Source: Vicugna vicugna (taxonomy: Eukaryota). Taken from it: a stretch of DNA of 64,000 nucleotides. The stretch covers positions 4,343,579 to 4,407,578 of the forward strand of contig MU058198.1 in NCBI GenBank assembly GCA_013265495.1. Reading direction: 5' to 3'. The notes beneath the pieces are model-generated. The model was given only the letters and a program-made list of their open reading frames with translations. It was not told the origin of the DNA and did not search any database. Shown here piece by piece: positions 29,092 to 40,100 of this stretch. The first letter of the stretch is position 1, and every line of letters starts with the position of its first letter. A program made the translations under genes and the position numbers.

Positions 29092-32000
29092 GTACGATGA
29101 ATAGTGGCAAAAACAAATGTCTCATCCCGGTCCTAAGAAGAAATTCATTAGCAAAACACCACTGTCCAACTTTCACATGCAAAGAATTAGTCTCTAAACT
29201 AGAGGTCAAAGCACGTAGCCCAAGACCAGGGAAGCTTGAAGATGTATTTCTTTGGTCTACACAGTGTTTTTTCCTTTTCCTTTTAGTTGCCAACATTTAA
29301 ATATCAAGAAATCAGCATTCTGGAATATCATTAAACATGGGAAGATGCGACGCCACGGTACCCACATTCACTATGGCAACCAGCGGCTGGAGCAGAGAGC
29401 AATCATCCCCCTTAAATGAACATGTACTCACTAGTTCACTGCAGTCCTCACCATCCCATATTGTCTTACACCTATCTCCCACTTCACTTATTAATTTGAC
29501 TTGATCTGGCACTTGAGTTTGTGACCCCTGCTTACAGAATGTAATTGTGATTTCCAACTTTTTGGAAAATGGGAGACATTATGCACAGTAAAATTTCAGA
29601 CTCTCTCAAACAGGAATTTAAAAGGTCCATAATCCGTTATCCATCCTTTGAAACCTACAAAACAAAGCAAGTTTTTTTGGTAACTCATTTGGCAACAAAA
29701 TTGGACCTGAGTTAACATGAAGCTGTGTATAATCTTTATGGATTCTGTTTAGTGTGAAACACTATAGAAATATTGTGTATTTTGCTATAGAAATACTAAC
29801 ATGTTTGATTACGGGCTATTGCCCTAGACCCCACTGGAGAGATTATATAACAGCATGTGTGCAGTAAAACTTTCCTTTAAAATCTGAAAAAATCTGATTT
29901 CTGAAACTTATCTTACCCCAGAGGTTTTGGATAAAGGGCCATGTCGTGTTATACTTTTACTATCTACGTTTAAGAAAACACACACACACACTTGCAAAGC
30001 AGATAAGCGTGTAATAATATTTTTAAATGGATTTATACTTCATTCATTACAATGGTATCTGCCTACATTTGAGAAACATAAATAGAATGATCTATGCAAA
30101 ACCATCTGCAGTCTGACAAAAATGCCCAGTGCACATGCTGACTCTGGGCCCCTGTACCAGAGTGTTGAATCCCTTTGGGGGTAGGTGGGGTGGTCTGCTG
30201 TGTACACGCTGGGAATCACTGGCACACAGGTAATTCTATATTAGAGTAACATGCTGCCTCCACACTTGCTGTCTGGGTGAAAGTGATGCTACAGCTATAT
30301 GACCACATTCTTTTAGCATTCTTTTTGTCCCCAGTGAACAGTGAGTTTTCATTCACCTTTAAATACCCTGTTTGATATTCTAGGATTTCACAATATGTAA
30401 AGTACATAATCAGGCCCCGAAGATAAGATTCAGAAGAAGCTGCAAAGAAAGCAGATTCCTTTCCACCCTTGCTCTATGCTGAGGCCAGATGGAATCCACT
30501 CAGATAGACGCAAAGCCCAGCTTCTTCCCCTTTCTCGGAAATACTGTTTGGAGGAAATCAGTGTGAGTAAAATGAAGCAGCAGAGGTGAGGCATGTGGAA
30601 CATGATGCTGGCAGAAGTAAGGAAATGGTCTGGGATGTGTCATGGGAGAGAGAGACACTGACTCCATGTGGCACCAGAGGACATCTCGGGGGTGCGTGGG
30701 ACAGAGGTATTTTGACTCATCTTGAGAATTAGCACTGCCCAGGCGGAATGGAAAAAGGTCATCAGGGAGGGTCAGGGAAGAATGTCACAGAATAAAACAA
30801 GCCAGGAAGGGGCTGAGGGGAACTGGATGGCTAATGCCGCACCCGGACGGGACAGCTGCTACTCAGCCACCCCTACCTGGACTCAGGAGGACAGAGGCAC
30901 TGCAGGGTCCTCCAAGGTTTTAGATTTTAGAAGAAGCTGGAAATCCAGGCTTTTGTGTGAAAACTCCTCATTTTTAAATATGAGCCAATGGCTGTTAAAA
31001 ACAAATAAATACAGAGTAGGCCAAAGAGAACACGTCTGTGGCCTGCAAGCAGTGTGGGTCTTTGGTTGTCATAATTCACATATCCACACCCTGGAAGGAC
31101 TACAACAGAGTTTCTCAGCCTCAGGAGTCCTGGCATTTGGGACCAGATGATTCCGTGTTGTGAGGCTGTCAGGGGCACTGTGGGACGTTCAGCAGCCTCC
31201 CTGGCCTCTATCTCCCAGATGCCTGTAACAGCCCTCCCCCAACCAAGTCACAACAATCAAAAAATGTCTCCAGACATTGTCAAATGTCCCCTGGGGGGCA
31301 AAACCACACCTGGTAAGAGCCACTGGACTAGATCAACATCCAGCTCTCCACCTCCAGGACTTTATGAAAGCGCTGCTCATGACTCAAACAAGGGGTTCCT
31401 CATGTAAGACTTGCCCGCATGAAGTACGGAATTGTAGCTGCTTTGGAATCAGAAACTGGGGTGTGAAGGCACAGCTCTGTCATTTACTAGCTTGATGACC
31501 TCTCTGAGTTCCGGCTTCCTTATCCTTAAGTCAGGAACAAATAACATCACCTCTTAGAGCTGCTGCAAGAACGCAGTGAGGTAATTTATGCAAAGCACTG
31601 CGCCCCAGCAGCTTAACAGGCACCAAAGACCATTAATCCTCCCCTGGAGAAAAGGCAGCCCAGACTCTGCAGTCGGGAGCCCGCAGGATCCAGAGTCAGA
31701 AGCCCTGGGCCCAAGGCGTGCCCGGGCCACCTAGAAGCTGTGCGAACCTGGCAGGTCATTTCCCCTCCTTTATAAAACAGAAATGATAATCGCCAGTAGG
31801 TGAGAACCAAGCCGGCTGGTTTGGTTCAGCACTTGGTGCACGAAGCCAGCTGGAGCAATGTCAGTGATTAGTACCATCAAACCTTTCAAAGCTTTCTGTA
31901 AAGGGAAGAACGAGCTCTTCAACAAATCCCGAGACCCGAGAATGCAGTGACACTGGGGCAAGGCACAGGGGACACAAGAGTAATAACAACAGGGACCCTC

Positions 32001-35000
32001 AACCTCTAGGTCCTTCTAGACAAGCCGTTGCCAGCTGGTCACCCACAGGCCAACTCTGGCCACTGATGTGCTGCTTAGCCCCCTGTAGTGTCATGGTGAT
32101 TTAATTTGCATTAAATGCCATCTGACTTTCATTAAAATCCAGATTTCAGGCTTTTCTGCGAAACTACGAAGGTTGAGTCACATGGGGCCCATCCTGACAC
32201 ATGCCCCTTTGGTGAGGCAATAATCATGCGCTGGGTGAGGGGTGGCGGAGAGGCCCCCCAGACCTCACCTGGCCTAAGTCACTCATTTATTTTACCAGCC
32301 CAGACCCTTTAGGCATTTGAGTTTGTAGCTTTGGCTTTCTAAAGATAACTATCTGGGAAAGCATTTGAACCTCCAGGGCGTACTTCAAATAAGGCAGAAA
32401 CCAACACCCACTGAGACACTCCCTCCTGGGGCCTCACCTGGGTAATAGCTCTCTGGGTTAGGCCCTCAGATTCCTTTTCTCCTGGACACTTCAACCTCAT
32501 AACTAAACCATCCTCAAGCTCCTCACTCTGCGTACACCTTCCTCCGTTCAGGGCATCACCTCCCCCAAAATAACACATGTGTCCAGTGGATTATCTGCAT
32601 CAAGGATTTTCAGAAAACAAAATAGCTTTCTTTTTAACCAGACTACCAAGTACTCAACATGATGTTTCTGTCTCCTGACCGTACTCTGGTTTCCCTTGGG
32701 GTGCCTGTGCTCCCCGACTCTTAGTCCCGTGATTTAGGTGGGGTTAATGCTGTACCCATTTGCAGGCAAAAGCATGTGACCCAGGCAGAAGCACTCAGAG
32801 TCAGTCTTGGGGCTTTGGCAACAGTGCCTGGGAGGAAAGCGTTCTCTGTCCCTCTGGAACAGGAGCTGAGGAGGATGGACGATGGGGGCGGGGGAGTGGG
32901 GAGTGGGTCAAGCCTGTCTAAAGAGTGGAGCCTCTGGAAACAGCCCCAGTCTGCGGCCAAGCTCCTTCTGGATTCTCTTGGTCACATTTAATTCCCATCT
33001 TCATTTAAGGCAGTGAGAATTGGGTTTTCTTACAATCCAAAGAGACCTCATCAATACCAGAGAAATTTAAAAGATGTGCTTGAACATGGAAACAAAGCCA
33101 AGAGGCTTTGCTCAAATTTTCACCTGTCTTTTTGTTACCTCCCTCTATTCAATAAGAACTAACATTAAATTGTGCTGAACACTGGAATTTGACACAACAC
33201 TGTAAAATGATTATGAATCAATAAAAAATGTAAAAAAAAAAATAAGAACTAACATTAGCCATCCCTCTACAAGCATTTATCTCATGATATATAATTATTT
33301 CTTTGCTAACCTATCTCTTCCACAAATCTGTTGAGCTCCCTCGGGGCAGAAAGTGTGTCCTATTCACATTTGGCTCTTTAACGTCTTGCACGATGGCGCA
33401 CACTTTGGGCCGAACAAGTGTCTGTTGAATGCATGAATCTACGGAAGGCAGGGGGACAAAAGGACCCATCCTAATTCTCCTCTTTGTGACACGCATACCA
33501 GGAGACCACCTCATAAGCCTTGCCCCTGTGGTACACAAAGCGTCTTCTGAAACAGACTCACTGACCCACTGTAAATAAACTGCATCATGAGAACTCACTC
33601 CTTCCAGCCATTACTAATTCTCCCACGAGTCCATCCCATGGAACCTCGCCGCGGGGTTACCCACAAGGTGCTCATACTGGGAAGAAAATACTTCATTGCA
33701 AGATGCCACCTACAACTCTATGAATTGGTAGTACACACTATGCACAAGCCATTCACACATATAACTTCACTCATTATAACTGGGTTTTTTTGGGGAGAGG
33801 GAAGGACCCCTTCTTTGCTTTCTAGCCTTCATTTTGACCCAAATACATCCAGAATCCTGATTCTGATGCCTGGCAACCATTTGCTTCTGCCCAATAACAA
33901 TTGCAGGCTCCCTCCTGCCTCCATTTTCCCTCCCTAATCCTTTATAATTAATTAAGTAGAAGGAAATACAAATTTGTCTAAGAAATCAACAGCCGTAAAA
34001 CAACAGCTTCCCCACTAAAAACAGTTTTGACTTTAGGTGCATAATTGCCACACCCTTAATGCTCTGTAATAGCTGTCGCTTCCACTGCATCAAGCAATAA
34101 AGATTTTCAAACAGTCAAAGGTCAGGGCTGGAATTATACTCCTAGGATGAATCACAGCATTTACTCTATCCAATTCTCGTTTTCCCATACTTGGGCCCAC
34201 ACCACCAGGGCAATCGAGGAAGAACTGGATTTACACGAATTTAACAATATTTACTGAGCATCTACTATGTGATAAGAACCACAGCAGACTCTGGGAATCA
34301 AGAGAGAAAGTGTAAAAACTCTCAAAGCATTCATTCTAAGGGGGAACACTGGCAAGTAAAGACACAATTCCATTATGGAAAAACAGGAATTATGAAAGCA
34401 CCAAGGAGGGCACATCCAATCTATGTTGGAGCATCAGAGAGGCCTTTGAGAGACAGAGACCTTTATAGGGAGAACTGGAGAATGAACAGGAGGTGGCCTA
34501 GGGCAGATGCAGTGAAAGAGGCTTCCAACAGTTCCAGGTAGAGGCTAATTAATATGTAAGAAAGCACAGCCTCCTCTGGAAACTGAAAGGAGGCAAGTAT
34601 GGCTGGAATCTAAAAGTGTAAAGAGAGAAAAGACTACAGAGGAAGAAGGACCAACAGACACTGGACAGCTTTGGAGCTTTTAAAGCCTCTGAATTGTTTA
34701 AAAAAAAAAAATCAGTTGCCTGATACAAGATACAAACAGGCCAAAATAACTCTGACAAACGCATCTTGACATTGACTAAATATTGATTCCACCATGCATG
34801 TTACTGAGAACACTAAGGGGGTAGGAAACTGACAAGGAATTACCTTGTCATTCATTTACAGATTCTTGGTTGAAACATTAGCTGTCACTACCACTCTGTA
34901 TACTTTCCTCTCAAAATTATTTCTATCCTTTTCTCACAAATACCTGAAAAGCAGGCACTTCTAGGGTTTAGCAGATAGGGATTAACTCTGGAAATAGGAT

Positions 35001-35949
35001 AAATGCACACCAAGCTAATAGGGTGGGGGTATCAAAAAAATTAAACAACAGAACTAAGCAAAAAGTTGAGGGAAACGAAACAGTAAAAAGCAAATTTGGA
35101 AAACGCAGGAGGAAGTAAAAGTATTTTCATACACACACACAAAAAAAGAAGTGTCCCACGTGCTCTGGCCAAACCAAAGTCCCCCTTTGACTCAAGTGCT
35201 GAGAAAAGAAGCGAAAGCTGTAAAAAAAATTCCCACTTTCAGATCTCATCAGAAAATTAACAGCAAAATCGGTACCACAGAGCTAACTAGCCCTGGAAGA
35301 CCTTGAAATATTTGCTCCAGACAATATAGCACAGGACAGTCACCTCCAGAAGCTCTCCAAAGCACAAACCATTCCTCTGTTCCAACGGCCTGAACATCCA
35401 CAAACTCTGGTCTCTCCTGTCATTTCATGATGAATGCCAAGTTTCCCAAAGAAACTTAGAAAGGATGGGCTTCCAAACCCAAAGTGAGAAGACCTGTTAT
35501 TTTTTTTTTAAAAAAAGATCATTTCTTTTTTAACTGGCGCTAGGCATTTGCAGAATCCTTTTCTCCCACTTTCAAACTTCTAAATGTCAAGCACTCCAGC
35601 TCACATTCGCCCCTGGTTAGGAGACGGCACCACCTCTCAGCTGCCGCCTCAAAGAGCGTTCAGAAACTCGCTGGGCAGATCCACTGGGTTTTTACTAACC
35701 CTTTACTTTTTTTGCCAGCATGCACTTGTAAGCGAAAGCTTTGCCGCAGCGGGGCAACCCGGAAAGGCTGAGCATGCCGCCCCCCAAAACCCGGCAGCCT
35801 CGGACACAACACTCCTGGGAGGTGCAGCCCCAGGCGGCGGGGCTGGGCCGGCGGGATCTCCGGGCGGGGGGGTGGGGAGGAAGGGACAGAGGGCCGGTCC
35901 AGCGCCCTGAGGGCGATGCTCCGCCGGGCGGGGACGCGGGGCAGTGGGG

Positions 35950-35976
35950 NNNNNNNNNNNNNNNNNNNNNNNNNNN
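35950..35976. other. Assembly gap (27 N) in the GC-rich start of ARHGAP17 intron 1
   Basis: Run of N flanked by G-tracts. Confidence 0.99.
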
Positions 35977-36082
35977 GGGGCGGCCGGGCCCGAGAAGGAG
36001 CCGGCCCGACCCCCGCCCGCGGCGCCCGGCCCCCGGCCCCCGGCCCGCGCCTCCCCCCGCAGGCCCGGCGCGGCGCACTCGC

Positions 36083-36135
36083 CTGCCCACGGTCTGGTTG
36101 GCCAGCTGCTTCATGCGGTTGAACTGCTTCTTCAT
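36083..36135 (-). CDS. ARHGAP17: Rho GTPase-activating protein 17 (RICH1/Nadrin), coding exon 1 (53 nt)
   Basis: Reads MKKQFNRMKQLANQTVG(R), the ARHGAP17 N-terminus. Strong Kozak context gccgccATGa inside a CpG island. Ends at AG|GCGAGT (phase 2), compatible with exon 2. Confidence 0.95.
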
Positions 36136-36729
36136 GGCGGCGGCAGCGGCGGCCCGCGGGGCTCGGGCCGGGCAGGACAGGGGACGGCCTGGCGGCTCCT
36201 ACATCGCTTCCCAGCCGAGGCGGCAGCGGCGGCGGCAGCTCCCCAGGCCGGCGGCCCCGCCCTCGCCGCGTCACTTCCAGCGGCGCCGCCCGCCGGGCCG
36301 GCCGGGTCGGGTCCGACGAGGAGGGCCAGGCCCAGGGCAGAGGCCTGGCTGCGCGCCGCCCGGTCCTTCCCCCCGGGTCGCTCCCCGTGCCTCGCGAGGA
36401 GCGGCCGCTCGGGGCCTCGCGGCCCCCTAGGACCTCAGCGTGCTTCCGCTCAGCGATCACCCGCTCCAGTGTTGTTTAACTCCCTTCCCAGACTAGGTCT
36501 CAAGCACACGGTGAAAAAAGCAGACACAAAGAGAGTAGATGGTGCAACACCCCCGTCTATGGCGTCTGATAACCGCCAATATCCATCCGCAGGGCTAGAC
36601 ACCGAAGCCGGGCTTGCTGGGGAAGGAGGGCCGAGGTGGAACCAGAAAGGACACATGGGAGCTTTGGGGCAATGGAAGTGTTCAGTGTCTTTAACTAGCG
36701 CCGTGCTTAAGTGCATGTGGAAGTACTTT

Positions 36730-37111
36730 GGAGATGGCGCCTTCGGAGCCGCTGTCATGGTGGCCGGCATCCAAGCGGTTGGGATGGCATGTGACACTGG
36801 GAAAGTCAAGGAAGCTGGGGGAGAAGGGCCTAACCCCGGTGCTGGGAAGACGTGTGGACGGGCAGAAAGGCCCGAGGAGAGACAGGTCATTGGAGACAGG
36901 ACCTTCGTTAGGTCCCACACCAGGTCTGGGTGCTGCGAGGCAGGGTGGAGTGTTGAGGGGCTCCTGTGCTCCGCCGTTGCCTAGAAACCCCTCATTGTGA
37001 TTTGATTCTTAGCTTTGTGCTGGCTGCAATTCAGGGACAGTTCGCGGGATTGTCCGACTGTGCTGGACGCTTTTCGCGGAGCGGACCAGGTCAGTTCTAT
37101 GACCCGCAGCG
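36730..37111 (+). other. TRIP11-derived 5'UTR of the retrocopy (5' limit approximate)
   Basis: Segments gtcatggtggccggc..., gaaagtca...gctg and gagcggaccaggtc...cgcagcgATG resemble the recalled TRIP11 mRNA leader. Needs an alignment to confirm. Confidence 0.65.
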
Positions 37112-40100
37112 ATGTCCTCCTGGTTTAGTGGCCTTAGCTCCGGCCTAGGCCACTCCCTGGGGCAAGTGGGTGGTAGTGTAGCATCTTTCACTGGACACAT
37201 CACCAATGTGTTGAGGAAAGGAAGTGAAAAGGTAGAAGAACCTGAATCTGAGGCAAAGGAGGTTGAAGACTCTGAGTCGATTTTAAAATCAGAGAATGAG
37301 AGACTTAAAACTCTCTATAGTGATCTAGAGGAGAAGTATGAAGCCTCAGAGCTTCAAATAAGACAGCAGACTACTAGTTACAGACATCAATTACAACAGA
37401 AGGATGTAGATATCAAACTCCTTACAGCAAGACAGATAGCGCTAAAGGATCAACTGCTGAAGCTGCAGTCAGTCTTGCTGTCAGTAGACCCTGAAGCTGG
37501 CTCTGTACCCCCAGTCACATTACCACCTCCACTGGGTTATGATATCAATGACCATGCTTTAGCTTTCCAGAATAATGATATGGACTTTGCTGACCTAATT
37601 TGGTCACAACAAGAAATAAATAGATTGTCAAATAAAGTCTTAAGACTTGAGGCTGATGTCAACCACTGGAGACACACTGCCAAAAAGTTCACAGCGCAGG
37701 GAGCAGAGAGCTTTGACCAAAATGAAATCTGCAAACTGCAAACTACCATCAAGGAACTTGAACAGAATCGATACAAGGAAATTGATGACCATCAACTTGA
37801 AATAGTGACAATGCAGAATGTTCATCAACAGAAACTGGCAGAAGTAAGTCACAGCCATCGACAGAAATGTAGAGACTATGAAGAAAGGATTGGAGAACTG
37901 GAAAATCTGTTACTGCAGGGGGGCTCCAGAATTGGACCAACTCATGAATTTCAAATTCATGACATGCAGGAAGCTATTCAAATTCTACAAGCTGAAAAGG
38001 AAGAGTCCACCAAGAAAATCAAAGAACTTGAGGATAGAATGAAATACATGAATGGAAAATCATCTTCTGTAGAGAGTGAAAGAGATGTTTTAAGGAGGGA
38101 ACAAGACCGGATAAATGAAGAAACTAAGGAAAGAACTGAAGAGGGTGAATTGCAACCTTACGTTATGAAGCAGAGCGATGCCGTGACAGCAAAGGAACGA
38201 GTGCTTCCACCAAGTACATCAATGGAGGAAGTGTTCAAAGAGCAGCAAGCGCTGTCGGATGCTGAAAATGAACCAATGAGACTGAGCAGCTTAAACCAGG
38301 ATAACGATGTCATCGAACACAACCTGAAACTTCAGGAACGAGTCCAAGTTCTAGAAAAAGAAAATTCACAGCTAAGTCAAGAAAAGGAAGAACTTCAACG
38401 ATCACTTGTCAAATTGAGCAATGATTATGAAGTAATTAAAAGCACAGCTACAAGAGACATCAATTCTGGTTCAGAAGGACATGATTTGAGATGTGACTTG
38501 GAACTCAAGGAAGGACAACTCAACCAGAGGGTTACTAAGAAGGAATTACTGACACCTGAGTTAGGAGAGTTGGACGAGAAGAAACAAGAAACTGCAGAGC
38601 ATGTGGTTTTGATGAAAGATCAGCGATCAGAACAACAAAATGAAGGAGATAGTGTCATCCAAAAACTAAAGCAAGAGCTTGAGGAAGAAAAAAGGAGAGT
38701 CCGCCAACTTGAAGATGATCAGATGAACATTACTAAAGAGTTGGATATGCAAAAAAAAAGGTTAATTCAAAGTGAATTAGCTGCTAATGATTTGCTTTTA
38801 ACCAAGCAGAAGCTTGAGGACAAAGTAGAAGATTTATTACATCAGCTAAACCAGTCACAAGACTGTAATGTCGACATCCAGAAAGAGAACTGTCAACTTA
38901 AGGAAGTTATTAAAGAAAACGAGAAGGAACTTTCAAGAATCAAGAATGAATTCGCTCAGTCTCTTAATCAAGACACTAATGTGAAGGTTGACTCACTTAA
39001 AGAACAGGAGGCTGAAGTTAGAAACTTAAGGCAAAATCTTTCCAAAATGCAAAAGCTCAATGTCAACTTAAGCAAAGTGGCTTTTGATCTCAAAATGGAA
39101 AATGAAAAGTTGGTTTTGGCACTTGAAGATGTAAGACGTCAGTGGGAAGAATCTATTGTTGGTAACACTCAGAAATCTCTGGGGAAAAACACTCCAGTGG
39201 AGGCTTTAAAAATGGAAAAAGGACAGTCAGAAGCAGAATTGTGTCAGGCTGAAAAGAGGCTGTTGGAAGAAACGAGGAAGAACGAGCAAATGATTGAAGA
39301 ATTGTCAAATACACGTCACCCAGATAGCTCTGCCTTACACCTGGAGCAGGAGTGTTTAATGCAACTCAGTCAAGAGAAAGATTCAGAAATAGCAGAACTC
39401 AAGAATATTGAGCAGATAATTGCTGATCATAAAGAAACTCAGGCAATGTTGTCATCTCGTTTAGAAGAGCAGGAGCAATTGAAACAACTTATAGAAGAGA
39501 AAGAAATTTTTCTTGGAAAACTGCAAGGAAGTTCAGATCCTTGGGAGGAATTAGATAAATATACTCAAGGCTTAAGAAAAATGAAACTGTTACAGCAAAC
39601 CATCGAAGAAGAAGACACAAGTCTTGCATCCATGAAAGAAGAAAATAGTCATCTGAAAGAGGAATTGGAACGACTGAGAGAACACAGTCAAACCGAATCT
39701 ACTATTAACTCTAACATGCCAGACACTATTACGGATCTACCATCTGAGAGCTCTCCATCAAGTGTCATGAAAGGCAACCTTAAGGAGAAAATAAAATATG
39801 ATCAAAAGATAACTGAAGATCAAAACCAGACTAAGATGCAAAAGCGTCAGTCTTTACAAGAGCAGAAACAGGAAATGGATGGTCTTCAAAGCCAACAGGA
39901 GCAAATGAATATTAAACACACTCAGCTCTTTACAGCCAGAGGGGAGGAGACTGAGAATTTACAAAATGCAATTGAACAAATCAAAACCCAGTTACCCGAA
40001 AAATCCCAGCACATGCCAACAGAACATTCGGGTGTTTTTCATGTAACAAAAATTCAGAGTCTTAATATAGAAAACGGAACTGAAAAGCATGACTTATCTA

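Larger units (their letters stand above)
35740..36480. promoter_or_regulatory. CpG island / promoter of ARHGAP17, possibly bidirectional
   Basis: Very high GC and CpG density around exon 1, GC boxes, and a CRE/ETS-like composite cgtcacttcc near 36269-36278. Confidence 0.85.

Noticed and set aside
35660..36984. Long ORFs of 229-346 aa across the ARHGAP17 CpG island
   Set aside because: Low-complexity G/P/R/A products expected from stop-poor GC-rich DNA. They span an N gap, and only the 53-nt exon is supported.
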